52,830 nucleotides of DNA, taken from NCBI RefSeq assembly GCF_006345805.1, contig NW_021834295.1, positions 1 to 52,830 of the forward strand. Reading direction: 5' to 3'. The DNA comes from Octopus sinensis. Its lineage: Eukaryota. The notes below the pieces were generated by a model. It made no database searches. It saw only the letters and a program-made list of their open reading frames with translations, and had not been told where the DNA came from. Numbering within the stretch: position 1 is the stretch's first letter; each line of letters opens with the position of its first letter. The position numbers and the translations under genes are program-made. Shown here one piece after another: positions 1 to 15,992 of this stretch.

Positions 1-757
1 ATTATGTATATATGTATGTAGGAATGTTTGTATGTATGTGTGTCTCTATGTATGTATGTATGTGTATATGCCTGCCTGGCATGTATGTATGTATGTATGT
101 ATGTATGCATATATATATGTATATATGTCTGTATGTCTGTATGTATGTAAGTATGTATGTATGTGTGTACGTGTGTATGTATGTATGTATGTATGTTTGT
201 CTGTATGTATGTGTGTATGTATGTATGTATGTATGTATGTATGTATGTATGCATGTATGTATGTGTATATGCCTGCATGCATGTATGTATGTATGTATGT
301 ATCCATCTATGTATGTATGTATGTATGTATGTATGTATGTATGTATATATGCATCTATATATGTATGCTTGCATGCATGTATCTCAAGTCACTTATGAGC
401 CTTTCATAAGTGCTACTGGTAACATGGAATCCAGTACAACATGTTGCATGGTCGGGTTGTCAGCAATTAAACTGGCAACCCCACCTGGATATCCAGATGA
501 GGAGGGTAGCTAAAAACCCAGCAGGATGAAAAACAAGATCTGTTGAAAGGTCGGATGAACGGCTATGAAGCGTAAATCAGCTGAAAAGGTTGGAATTCAT
601 TCCAGTTGATTTTAAGCATTGTTTACACTTTTAGCATAAATCTTCAGTTCGTCTACAAAGAAATTATGAGTTAAAATGATATTCTATGTATGTACCTACT
701 TTTGTGCGTACGTACTTACGTATGAGTACTTGCGTATATATATATATATTATATATA

Positions 758-831
<74 letters not shown>

Positions 832-853
832 ATATATTAATATTATATATACA

Positions 854-896
<43 letters not shown>

Positions 897-1010
897 ATAT
901 ATATATATATATATAATTATATATATATTATATAGATATATATAATATATGGAGAGAGAGAGAGATAGAAGGAAAATAATGATAATGCGTGTATGGGTGG
1001 GGTTTATATT

Positions 1011-1300
1011 GGTGTACCTAAATTAAGGCAACCAAAGTTTCGGGCTTTAATGACTAACAATAGATAGTGGGGATTGTGTTTGCTTCAGACCAAATAAATT
1101 CAGATTTGTAGATTAGATAATGGTTATAGACCAAAATACAATCATAATACTCTACAAGGAGATTGTTGAAGGCATGCTGCCCTAACTGCTGTTCGCCGAT
1201 GAAAAGAAATTTGATATTAAATAGACAGTAAACCAGCAAAATGGCCAGCCTTGAAGTGTATCTGGATCCATCGGGGTTCGATTGGTAATTTGAGATATAT
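1011..1300 (+). mobile_element. Internally deleted copy of the same mariner remnant (duplicated at about 4334-4620)
   Basis: aaattaaggcaaccaaag end plus LFADEKKFDI*TVNQQNG segment. Confidence 0.6.
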
Positions 1301-2774
1301 TGTATTGAAGTTCGTTTTGGGATTCTTGTGTTGTTTTTATGTATGTACAAACACAAACAGATAAGCATATACATGTGCATGCAGTATGTGCATGTAGCAA
1401 TCATAGACTGATGCACATATATATGCATATAAAGTATTTGTGCATAAAGCATGCTAATTAATTAGTGAAAGAAAGTAAGGCAGTGCCCATAGCCTACACA
1501 ATGCCTCAAAACCTGAGAAAGAGAATTAGATGAGATAAACAGGAACAGTATATTATTGCTACTTAATATTTTCAACCAGTGGTGGGATAGTGTGAAAAGT
1601 TAATCCAAAGAGTATGTCATGGGTGGAGTGTCTTTGATTCTAGGTTTTCAAAGATCTGGGCTGAAAGGGCTAAACAGCAATAACTACTCCAAACTGACTT
1701 TTCTTTGCAAAAAGACCACCACTATCACCATGACCCCAACCACAATCACTTCTGCAACCTACACCACCACCACCAACACCACAACCATCACCTGCATCAT
1801 CAACACAACCACAACCACAACTACAACCGACCTACACATTTCTGCTCAGACCAACTCTGTGATTTATTGAAATGTCTTGAGTTGGGCCCTAATGGGATCA
1901 ATGCAGTCCCCAGCTGAGGTAGCTATATCTAGTAGTTTATCTACTGACCCTGAAAGAATTTTACTTCAGCTGGATTTGATCTCAGAACACAACAATTACT
2001 GCAAAGCTGTCAATTGGCTATTGTGAGGAACCGATAGAAAAAGCAGCTAAACCTCACTCAGCTCACGCCTTACTGTTATAAGAAAGAAAGGCTATTGTAG
2101 ATAATGTAATTTCAACATTATTCATATCCAAAAGACAGGATGGTCATGGCTAGAACGTTTTTAAGTAAATGATTTTTGGATTAGAGATGATCTGGGAGCT
2201 GACAACATCTAAAATTTGAACTTACTAAAATCAAATGTTCACTAGAGATAGCACAAGAGGTAGACGTGGCCGCATTTCCCGCATCACACATCGAACCCGT
2301 GCTCTATGGTGTCAGCTTGATGCAGTCATATGTATATCCGGGACAATATATGCGTGGCTGCAATGCAGTCATTTGATCAGATAACTGGAAGAGAGGGCAA
2401 CAACAATAACAACGCCAACAATATCAAGTACACACACGCACAAAACGCCACCACCACTGCACCATCAAGATAACCATCGTATATTTTAGACAGGATCATT
2501 TTTCTTAAGGTAACAAGTTGAGAACAATGAACACACCTGTAGTTATTTCATTTCGTCAATTGATACCGCCACACCTGAGATGTCAGTCACGTTGTATTCA
2601 ACATAAATATTGCTTTACACACTCTGCTATCATATTTTGTTATGCAACAATCAATTTCCATCCTGTTTCTTTATTTTGAGTTCGTTTCAAATATTTTAAG
2701 AATTTTTATCCTGATTTGAAATGTCAGACAAAAACACTGAATCGGAAAACTGATACGTCTAAAACTGGTGGTGC

Positions 2775-3855
2775 ATATGTATGTGTGTATATATGTGTAT
2801 GTATGTGTGTTTGCATGTATGTATGTATGAATCTGTATGTAAGTGCGTATGTATTTATGTATGCATGCATATGTATGTATGTATGTATGTATGCATGTAT
2901 GTTTATATGCATGTATGTATGTATGTATGTTGTATGTATGTATGTATGCATGTATGTTTATATGCATGTATGTATGCATGTATGTATGTATGTATGCATG
3001 TATGTATGCATGTATATATGTATGCATTTATGTATGTGTGTATATGTATGTATGCATGCATATATGTATGTATCTATATATGTATATGTATGTGTGTATG
3101 CACGCATGTATGTATATATATGTATGTATGTGCATGTATATGCAGGCATGCATGCAAGCCTACATGAATATTTGTATGTATATATGTATGTAAGTATACA
3201 TGTCTGTATGTAATTACGTATGCATGCGTGTATGTATGTATATGTGTGTATGTATGTGTGTATGCATGCATGTATGTTTTTGTATAGATGCAAATATTTA
3301 TGGATATATGCATCTATGTATGTATGCATGTATGTATGTATGTATGTATGTACATATGTATGTACGTATGTATTGATGTATGTATCAATGCATGCATGTA
3401 TGTATGTATGTATGATGTATGTTTGCATGTATGTATGTATGTATGTATGTATGTATATATGTATGTTTGTAATTATGTATATATGTATGTAGGAATGTTT
3501 GTATGTATGTATGTGTGTCTCTATGTATGTATGTATGTGTATATATGCCTGCCTGCATGTATGTATGTATGTATGTATGTATGCATATATATATGTATAT
3601 ATGTCTGTATGTCTGTATGTATGTATGTATGTATGTATGTGTGTACGTGTGTATGTATGTATGTATGTATGTTTGTCTGTATGTATGTGTGTATGTATGT
3701 ATTATGTATTATGTATGTATGTATGTATGTATGTAGGCATGTATGTATGTGATATGCCTGCATGCATGTCTGTATGTATGTATGTATCCTCTATGTATGT
3801 ATGTATGTATGTATGTATGTATGTATGTATGTATATATGTATGCTTGCATGCATG
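2775..3855. repeat. (TATG)n compound microsatellite
   Basis: Direct inspection; homologous tract at 1-378. Confidence 0.95.
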
Positions 3856-6069
3856 TATCTCAAGTCACTTATGAGCCTTTCATAAGTGCTACTGGTAACA
3901 TGGAATCCAGTACAACATGTTGCATGGTCGGGTTGTCAGCAATTAAACTGGCAACCCCACCTGGATATCCAGATGAGGAGGGTTGCTAAAAACCCAGCAG
4001 GATGAAAAACAAGACCTGTTGAAAGGTCGGATGAACGGCTATGAAGCGTAAATCAGCTGAAAAGGTTGGAATTCATTCCAGTTGGTTTTTTAAGCATTGT
4101 TAACACTTTTAGCATAAATCTTCAGTTCGTCTACAAAGAAATTATGAGTCAAAATGATATTCTATGTATGTACATACGTTTGTGCGTACGTACTTACGTA
4201 TGAGTACTTGCGTGTATATATATATATATATATATATATACATACATATGGAGAGAGAAAGAGAGAGTGAGAGAGAGAGAGAGGGAGAGAGAAGGAAATA
4301 ATGATAATGCATGTGTTGGGTGGGGTTTATATTGGTGTACCTAAATTAAGGCAACCAAAGTTTCGGGCTTTAATGACTAACAATAGATAGTGGGGATTGT
4401 GTTTGCTTCAGACCAAATAAATTCAGATTTGTAGATTAGATAATGGTTATAGACCAAAATACAATCATAATACTCTACAAGGAGATTGTTGAAGGCATGC
4501 TGCCCTAACTGCTGTTCGCCGATGAAAAGAAATTTGACGTTGAATAGACAGTAAACCGGCAAAATGGCCAGCCTTGAAGTGTATCTGGATCAATCGGGGT
4601 TCGATTGGTAATTTGAGATATATTGTATCGAAGTTTGTTTTGGGATTCTTGTGTTATTTTTATGTATGTACGAACACACACAAATAAACATATACATGAA
4701 CATGCAGTATGTGCATGTAACAATCATAGACTAATGCACATATATATGCATATAAAGTATTTGTGCATAAAGCATGCTAATGAATTAGTGAAAGAAAGTA
4801 AGGCAGTGCCCATAGCCTACACAAGGCCTCAAAACCTGAGAAAGAGAATTAGATGAGATAAACAGGAACAGTATATTATTGCTACTTAATATTTTCAACT
4901 AGTGGTGGGATGGTGTGAAAAGTTAATCCAAAGAGTATGTCATGGGTGGAGTGTCTTTGATTCTAGGTTTTCAAAGATATGGGCTGAAAAGGGGCTAAAC
5001 AGCAATAACTACTTTTCTTTGCAAAAAGACCACCACTATCACCATGACCCCAACCACAATCACTTCTGCAACCTACACCACCACCACCAACACCACAACC
5101 ATCACCTGCATCATCAACACAACACAACCCACTACTACAACCGACCTACACATTTCTGCTCAGACCAACTCTGTGATTTTTTGAAATGTCTTGAGTTGGG
5201 CCCTAATGGATCAATGCAGTCCCCAGCTGAGGTAGCTATAACTAGTAGTTTGTCTATTGACCCTGAAAGAATTTACTTCAGCTGGATTTGATCTCAGAAC
5301 ACACAATTACTGCAAAGCTGTCAATTGGCTGTTGTTGATGACCCGATAGAAAAGCAGCTAAACCTCACTGCTCACGCCTTACTGTTTATAAAAAGAAAGG
5401 CTATTGTAGATAATGTAATTTCAACATTATTCATATCCAAAAGACAGGATGGTCATGGCTAGAACGTTTTTAAGTAAATGATTTCTGTATTACAGGTAAT
5501 CTGGGAGCTGAACAACATCTAAAATTAGAACTCACTAAATCAAATGTTCACTAGAAATTGCGCAAGAGGTAGACGTGACCGCATTTCTCACGACACACAT
5601 CGAACCCGTGCTCTATGGTGTCAGCCTGATGCAGTCATATGTATATCCGGGACAATATATGCGTGGCTGCAATGCAGTCATTTGATCAGATAACTGGAAG
5701 ATAGGGCAACAACAATAACAACGCCAACAATATCAAGTACACACACGCACAAAACGCCGCCACCACTGCCACCATCAAGATAACCATCGTATATTTTTCT
5801 TAAGGTAACAAGTTGAGATCAATGAACACACCTGTAGTTATTTCATATCGTCAATTGATACCGTCACACCCGAGATGTCAGTCACGTTGTATTCAACATA
5901 AATATTGCTTTACACTCTCTGCTATCATATTTTGTTATGCAACAATCAATTTCCATCCTGTTTCTTTATTTTGAGTTCGTTTCAAATATTTTAAGAATTT
6001 TTATCCTGATTTGAAATGTCAGACAAAAACACTGAATCGGAAAACTGATACGTCTAAAACTGGTGGTTC

Positions 6070-7335
<1,266 letters not shown>

Positions 7336-7396
7336 AGAGAAAGAATGGGAGGGACAGAGAAGGAGATAATGATAATGCGTGTTGTGTGTGTGTACA

Positions 7397-8450
7397 CATG
7401 GTGTTCCGAAATTAAGGCAACCAAAGTATCGGACTTTAACAACAATCAATAGATGCGATAAGATATGAAAACCATACATCATTATAAAAGCTTATTGTGT
7501 CTTGCGTTTGCTTCAGACTAAATAAATTCACATTTATAGATTAGATATTGGTTATAGACCGAAATACAACCATAATACTCCACAAGGAGGCGAAAGTAAT
7601 ACAACTATAACCTGTCTGTCGCAGAAAACTAAATTTTCCCCATATTCCTCACCATGGCAACCAAATGGTAGCCCTGAGCGTTTGCACCTCCCCCCTCATA
7701 CCATTGCCCACCGCATTTTACCGCCGAGTGTAAATTTTGGGGCCAATTCGACTCCATCTACCGCCCATTAAACGGTTCCCATCCCAAAATGAGACAAATA
7801 ACTTTTTCGCATTTCAGCTTCATAGATATTGATAATGGATATAGACATAAATACAATCATAACAGTCTACAAGGAGGCGAAGGTGTAACACAACTATAGC
7901 AAAAGATTTTTTAGAAGTAACTAGAAAATTGTCAAAAAATTTTAAGAGATTGGTTCCACCGCTGGGCGCCCTGGACGTGGCCAAAAAAGAAATTTGCAGA
8001 CCCTTCAGCTTATCAAATGTATCAAAGAGAAGACACGATGAAATCTTTGTCGTTCCCTCAGAAAACTGGATGCTACAGTAAAAATAAGCTGAACATCGGT
8101 GTATCCAAGCGCTGAAGGAGGGTCTCAGGACCCAACGATAAAAGATGATCCGTTGTCATGAGCTCACACAAGTTTACAAAGCCATGGAACTGGAGGGGAA
8201 TCGTTTTAGCATGCGTGAGATTGTTGAAGGCATGCTGCCCTAACTGGTGTTCGCTGATGAAAAGGAATTTGACATCGAATTGACAGTAAACCAGCAGAAT
8301 GGCCAGCCTTGGTGTGTATCTGGCTCCGTCGAGGGTGGATCGATAAATTGACGTCAATATGTGATGCTTGCGTACCACTTCCAACATAAAACCGAGCGAC
8401 CATATCAAAATGCAGCATATCAGGTCCTGGAGTCATCCTCATTACCATAC
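7397..8450 (+). mobile_element. Degenerate Tc1/mariner (maT/DD37D-like) transposon remnant
   Basis: Plus-strand pseudo-translation SLRKL...KMIRCHELT...GMLP*LVFADEKEFDIELTVNQQNGQPW, matching the mariner first catalytic Asp motif (xFxDEK); stops and frameshifts; probable terminal sequence ggtgttccgaaattaaggcaacc. Confidence 0.7.
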
Positions 8451-8477
8451 AGCTGAGATTGTCAGGTCATCTCTCAC

Positions 8478-9185
8478 GTATGTGTGTATGTGTGTGTGTG
8501 AGTGTGTGTGTGCGTGTGTGCATGTATGTGTATGTGTGTCTGTATGTGCGTGTGTGTGTATGTGTGTGTGTGTGTGCGTGTGTGTATGTGTGTGTGCGTG
8601 TCTGTGTGTGCGTGTGTGTATGTGTGTGTATGCGTGTGTGTGCCAGTGTGTATGTGTGTGTGTGCATGTATGTGTGCGTGCGCGTGTGTGTGTGTATGTG
8701 TGTGTATGCGTGTGTGCGTGAGTGTGCGTGTGTGTATGCGTGTGTGCGTGTGTGCATGTGTGTGCGTGTGTGTGTGTTCGTATGTGTATTTGTGTATGTG
8801 TGTGTATGCGTGTGTGCGTGTGTACGTGTGTGTGCGTGTGTATGTGTGCGTGTGTGTGTGCGTTTGTGTATGTGTGCGTGTCCGTCTGTGTATGTGTGCG
8901 TGTGTGTGAGTGTGTGTGTGTGTGTGTGTGTATTCACGCAGTTTGATGTGTTGAATTGAACCAATCGCCCCCAGTAATTGTCTTTCCTCAGGCAGCTACA
9001 CATTCGTTCCTTCTCTCTTTTTGCTAAAGTGCAATGTTACAGCGACATGGACATAGCCAATAGAATCCACACACACACACAAACACACACTTACGTACGC
9101 ACATCTACGCACACACACACACACACATGCACACACGAACGAGTTCACGCACACACACACACACAAACACAAACACACACACAGA
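8478..9185. repeat. (GT)n then (CA)n degenerate microsatellites
   Basis: (GT)n about 8478-8930; (CA)n about 9070-9185. Confidence 0.9.
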
Positions 9186-9294
9186 CGTTCCAATGCAAAG
9201 AAATGCAAATTTTATTTTATTTATGAATATGTAATGAGCAAAACTGAAAGGAATTCTAAACATTTTTGTTTTTTTTAAACAAAACATTTGTTCA

Positions 9295-10095
9295 TTATGT
9301 ATATATACATGTAGATATATATATGTATATATATACATGTATGTATGTATGGATGTACGTACGTACGTATGTATGCATGTATGTATGGATGTATGTATGT
9401 AGGTATGTATGTGTGTATGCATGTATGTATGTATGCATGTATGTATGCATGTATATATTTATGTATGCATGTATGTATGTATGTATGTATGTATGTATGC
9501 ATGCATGTATGTATGTATGAATGTATGTATGCACGTATGTATGTATGTATGTATGTATGTACGTACGTATGTATATATGTATGCATGTATGTATGCATAT
9601 GTATGTATGTATGTATGTATATATGTATATATGTATGTATATATGTATGTATGTATGTACGTACGTATGTATATATGTATGTTTGCATGTGTGTATGCAT
9701 GTATGTATGTATATGTATGTATGTATGTATAAATGTATGTATGCATGTATGTATGCATGTGTGCATGTATGTATGTTTGTATGTATGTATGTATATATGG
9801 ATGTATGTACGTACGTATGTTTATATGTATGTATATATATATGTATGTATGTATGCATGTATGTATGCATGTATGTATGCATGTATACATGTATGTATGT
9901 ATGTACGTACGTATGTATATATGTATGTATGTATGTATATATGTATGTATGTATGTATGAATGAATGTATGTATGCACGCATGCATATATGTATGTATGT
10001 ATGTATGTACGAACGTATGTATATATGTATGTATGTATGTATGCATGTATGCATGTATGTATGTATGAATGTACGTATGTATATACGTACGTATG

Positions 10096-10126
<31 letters not shown>

Positions 10127-10797
10127 ATATGTATGTATGTATGTATGAATGTATGTATGCTCGTATGTATGTATGTACGTATGTATGTATGTACGTATGT
10201 ATATATGTATAATTGCATGTATGTATGTATGCATGCATGTATGCATGTATGTATGTATGTACGTACGAACGTATGTATATAGGTATGAATGTATATATGT
10301 ATGCATGTATGTATGTATGTATATATGTATGAATGTATGTATGCATGTATGTATGCATGTGTGCATGTATGTATGTTTGTATGTATGCATGTATGTATGT
10401 ACGTACGTATGTATATATGCATGTATGTATGTATATATGTATATATTTATATATGTATGTATGCATGTATGTATGTATGTATGAATGAATGTATGTATGT
10501 ATGCATGCATGTATGCAGGCATGTATGTATGTATGTATATATGTATGTATGCTTGTATGTATGTATGAATGTATGTATGCATTTATGTATGCATGTATGT
10601 ATGCATGTATGCATGTATGTATGTATGTACGAACGTATGTATATATGTATGTATGCATGTATGTATGTATGTATGAATGTATGTTTGTACGCATGTGTAT
10701 ATATTTATCTATGTATGTATGTATGTATATATGTATGTATGTATGTACGCATGTATGTATGCATGCATACATGTATGTATGTATGTACGTACGTATG

Positions 10798-10828
<31 letters not shown>

Positions 10829-11462
10829 ATATGTATGTATGTATGTATGCATGAATGTATGTATGCATGCATGTATGCACGCATGCATATATGTATGTAT
10901 ATATGAATGTACGAGCGTACGTATATATGTATGTATGTATGTTTGTATGCATGTATGTATGTATGTATGTATGCATGTATGTATGCATGTATGCATGTAT
11001 GTATGTATGTATGTACGTACGTATGCATATATGTATGTATATATATATGTATGTATGCATGTATGTATGTATGTATGAATGAATGTATGTATGTATGCAT
11101 GCACATATGCATGCATGTATGTATGTATGTATGTATATATGTATGTATGTATGAATGTATATATGCATTTATGTATGCATGTATGTATGCATGTATGCAT
11201 GTATATATGTATGTATGTACGAACATATGTATATATGTATGTACGTATGCATGTATGTATGTATGAATGTATGTTTGTACACATGTAAATATGTATGTAT
11301 GTATGTATGTATATATGTATGTATGTATGTATGTACGCATGTATGTATGCATGCATACATGTATGTATGTACGTACGTATGTATATATGTATGTATGTAT
11401 GTATGTATATATTTATGTATGTATGAATGAATGTATGTATGCATGCATGTATGCACGCATGC

Positions 11463-11495
<33 letters not shown>

Positions 11496-11896
11496 CGAAC
11501 GTACGTATATATGTATGTGTGTATGTATGTATGTATGTATGCATGTATGTATGTATGAATGTACGTATGTATGTACGTACGTATGTATATATGTATTATG
11601 TACGTATGTATGTATGTATGTATATATGTATGTATGTATGTATGAATGTATGTATGCACGTATGTATGTATGTATGTATGTATGTATGTATGTATATACG
11701 AACGTATGTATATATGTATGTTTGCATGTATGTATGTATGTATGCATGTATGCATGTATGTATGTATATACGAACGTATGTATATATGTATGCATGTATG
11801 TATGTATGTATGAATGTATGTATGCATGTATGTATGCATGTGTGCATATATGTATGTTTGTATGTATGTATGTATGTATGTATATACGTACGTATG

Positions 11897-11930
<34 letters not shown>

Positions 11931-12200
11931 TGTATGTATGCATGTATGTATGCATGTATGTATGCATGTATACATGTATGTATGTATGTACGTACGTATG
12001 TATATATGTTTGTATGTATGTATATATGTATGTATGTATGTATGAATGAATGTATGTATGCATGCATGTATGCACGCATGCATATATGTATGTATGTATG
12101 TATGTACGAATGTATGTATATATGTATGTACGTATGTATGCATGTATGCATGTATGTATGTATGTATGTATGAATGTACGTATGTATGTACGTACGTATG

Positions 12201-12234
<34 letters not shown>

Positions 12235-12268
12235 TATATGTATGTATGGATGTATGTACGTACGTATG

Positions 12269-12299
<31 letters not shown>

Positions 12300-12965
12300 A
12301 TATGTATGTATGTAGGAATGAATGTATGCATGCATGCATGTATGCACGCATGCATATATGTATGTATGTGTGTACGAACGTATGTGTATATGTATGTATG
12401 TATGTATGCATATATGCATGTATGTATGTATGTATGTATGAATGTACGTATGTATGTACGTACGTATGTATATATGTATTTATGTATGTATGTATGTATG
12501 TATATATGTTTGTATGTATGTATGAATGTATGTATGCTCGAATGTATGTATGTATGTATGTACGTATGTACGTATGTATATATGTATAATTGCATGTATG
12601 TATGTATGTATGCATGCATGTATGCATGTATGTATGTATGTACGAAGCTGTGTATATATGTATGTATATATGTATGCATGTATGTATGTAAGTATATATG
12701 TATGAATGTATGTATGCATGTATGTATGCATGTGTGCATGTATGTATGTTTGTATGTATGTATGTATGTACGTACGTATGTATATATACATGTACGTATG
12801 TATGTATGTATGTGTGTATGTATGTATGCATGTATGTATGCATGGAAACATGTATGTATGTACGTACGTATGTATATATGTATATATGTATGTATGTATG
12901 TATATATGCATGTATGTATGTATGTATGAATGAATATATGTATGCATGCATGTATGCACGCATGC

Positions 12966-12998
<33 letters not shown>

Positions 12999-13528
12999 TG
13001 TATGTATGTACGAACGTATGTATATATGTATGTATGTATGTATGCATGTATGCATGTATGTATGTATGAATGTACGTATGTATGTATATTTGTATGTATG
13101 TATATATGTATGTATGTATGTATGAATGTATGTATGCTCGTATGTATGTATGTATGTATGTATGCACGTACGTATGTATATATGTATAATTCCATGTATG
13201 TATGTATGTATACATGCATGTATGCATGTATGTATGTATGTATGTATGTACGAAAGCATGTATATATGTATGTATGTATATATGTATGCATGTATGTATG
13301 TATGTATGAATGTATGTATGCATGTATGTATGCATGTGTGCATGTATGTATGTTTGTATGTATGTATGTATGTACGTACGTATGTATATATGTATTTATG
13401 TATGTATGTATGTATGCATGTATGTATGTTTGTATGTATGTCTGTATGTATGTATGTTTGTTCGTACGTATGTATATTCGTATGTATGTATGTATGTATG
13501 TACGTACGTTCCTATGTATGTATGTATG

Positions 13529-13560
<32 letters not shown>

Positions 13561-13760
13561 CATGTATGTATGTATATATGTATGTATGCATGTATGTATG
13601 TATGTATATCTGTATGTATGTATGTATGTTTGTAAGCATGTATGTATGTTTGTTCGTACGTATGTGTATTCGTATGTATGTATGTATGTATGTATGTATT
13701 AACGTGCGTGTCTGTATGTATGTATGTATGTATGTATGTATGTATGCATGTACGTATTGT
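9295..13760. repeat. 4.5-kb (TATG)n-based satellite with higher-order structure
   Basis: Units TATG/CATG/TACG/AATG; rare variant words recur at about 600 bp. Confidence 0.95.
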
Positions 13761-14039
13761 TTAATGTGTGTGTGTGGTCGGGAATCAAACCTTTTGCCAC
13801 ACAGCCTCGTTCCCGTCTTTAATGAGTCAATTTCTTCTTTAAAAATCCTTCTTAATTTTCCTCCGATTTTTGTGTAGAAAACTGAAGTAGAATTGAATGA
13901 GTAACGATCTCAAGAAAGAAAAGTAGTTCGGTCGATTACTTGGAATAATCGCGTCTATAGTGTGCTGCAGCATGGCCGTAATGAAACTACTGAAACAAAT
14001 AAACGATGCACGATAAAACCTATTTTGTAGTCAGGGAGG

Positions 14040-14362
14040 ACACACACACACACACACACACGTACACACATCTTCACACACACAGGCACACACACATACG
14101 CATGCACACACATACGCATGCACACACATACGTATGCACACACGCGCACACACACACACATACACACACACGCACACACACATATACGCATGCACACACA
14201 TACGCATGCACTCATACTCACACATACACACGCACTCACACACACACGCGCACAAACACTCACACACACGCACATGCACACACACACATACGCACACACA
14301 CTTACACACACATACATACGCACATGCACACACACATACGCACACACACAGTTACGCACACA
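14040..14362. repeat. (CA)n degenerate microsatellite
   Basis: Direct inspection. Confidence 0.9.
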
Positions 14363-14797
14363 CATCAACTTCCGATTCGATCTTGGCAATCTTTAGGTCA
14401 TCGTGACCTAGCAATTCGGCAAAATGAGAACGAGGGAATGAGTAGCAGTCCAAGGAGAGAGAAGTACTGCCAACGATGAGTGCTAGTAAACACGTCGATG
14501 TGGTGCTCCAGCTTGGCGGTTGTCCTAGGTTTGAAACAAGTAAACGACGATCGATAGAATCTATTTTAAGATTCGTATTAAAGATCGCTATGGTTTTAAG
14601 GGAGATAACTCTTAAATATAAACAACATACTCTTAAGAGTAGCCTACCTTAACAAGTTAAACGATAGAGTGAAAATATAACAGATGGCGACACAGCATTG
14701 TACAAGAGAGATAACTCTAAAAGAAAATGAATATATTTGAGAGTAGCCTCCCTCAATATTAGTAAGCGTGGTGCCAGTGTATATACGTCAGACGGTA

Positions 14798-15412
14798 GGA
14801 GGCGCAATGGCCCAGTGGTTAGGGCAGCGGACTCGCGGTCGTAGGATCGCGGTTTCGATTCCCAGACCGGGCGTTGTGAGTGTTTATTGAGCGAAAACAC
14901 CTAAAGCTCCACGAGGCTCTGGCAGGGGATGGTGGTGATCCCTGCTGTACTCTTTCACCACAACTTTCTCTCACTCTTACTTCCTGTTTCTGTTGTACCT
15001 GTATTTCAAAGGGCCGGTCTTGTCACTCTCTGTGTCACACTGAATATCCCCGAGAACTACGTTAAGGGTACACGTGTCTGTGGAGTGCTCAGCCACTTGC
15101 ACGTTAATTTCACGAGCAGGCTGTTCCGTTGATTCGGATCAACCGGAACCCTCGTCGTCGTAACCGACAGAGGGCTTCCACACTTTCACCACAACTTTCT
15201 CTCACTCTTACTTCCTGTTTCTGTTGTACCTGTATTTCAAGGGGCCGGCCTTGTCACTCTCTGTGTCACACTGAATATCCCCGAGAACTACGTTTAGGGT
15301 ACACGTATCTGTGGAGTGCTCAGCCACTTACACATTAATTTCACGAGCAGGCTGTTCCGTTGATTCGGATCAACCGGAACCCTCGTCGTCGTAACCGACG
15401 GAGTGCCTCCAT
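14798..15412 (+). mobile_element. tRNA-derived SINE with tandemly duplicated 3' part
   Basis: A box TGGCCCAGTGG and B box GGTTTCGATTCC; ctttcaccacaac segment at 14952 and 15183 (231-bp duplication); related diverged copy on the minus strand at about 48700-49030. Confidence 0.8.
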
Positions 15413-15992
15413 TCATCCACCTCAGACGGTGAAAGCTAGATAGATAGGTAGATAGATAGATAGATTTATAGATAGAGAGAGAGGGAGAGAGGGAGTGAGA
15501 GTCTGACAAGCAGGTAGAAAGACAGAGGGATGGTTGGATAGAAGGAGAAGAGGGAGAAACGGAATTTAAATAGAGAGAGATTGATTTTCCTGCTTAAATC
15601 TCAGTAAAAGGCCATTCAATCTGTTTATGGGGAGAAAAATTTTGAAGAACACCAATACATCAGATCATAAAATGACGAGAACAGTATTAGGTGGTCATGA
15701 AATGTGCTAAAAATAACTGCTAAATACCCTTTAAATCACACAAAAAATACTTCTTTTTTTTTTGCATAATTGTATGAATTCCTGTGTGTAGAATGCACAT
15801 TTGCACAGATTTTCTGAAAATTGCAGAAAATAAAGAATAATCTAGAGTTCTGAAAGCAGAGCTCTGGCCACTGAACAGGTATAACACAAAGGACATTTCC
15901 TAGATGTTTAGATGATGCCTTAAGAACAATCCAATACATTTGAATGTCAGATTCGAATCTGAAATGAAATATTATCTTTCTTTTAATGAGAA

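Noticed and set aside
1705-1917. His-rich ORF
   Set aside because: Product of (CAC/CAA)n trinucleotide repeats.
2240-2660. GC-richer unique block in the duplicated segment (also about 5550-5950) as a pseudo-exon
   Set aside because: Stops in all frames tested and no consistent splice pair; a CGHVY word is insufficient evidence.
8073-8408. Minus-strand ORF with LRR-like QLGQHAFNNLTHAKTIPL
   Set aside because: It is the antisense of the degenerate mariner transposase (FADEK) on the plus strand.
9275-13877. Very long ORFs (up to 976 aa) on both strands
   Set aside because: Translations of (TATG)n, which lacks stops in several frames (MYVC/HTYI repeats); no coding signal. The same applies to ORFs in 1-400, 2700-3900, 6100-7400, 8460-9200, 14000-14400, 16500-17400 and 36600-37000.
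14798-14875. tRNA gene
   Set aside because: A/B boxes are present, but the sequence continues into a SINE body with no tRNA 3' acceptor stem; the same holds for heads at 32954, 33174, 35309 and 43180.
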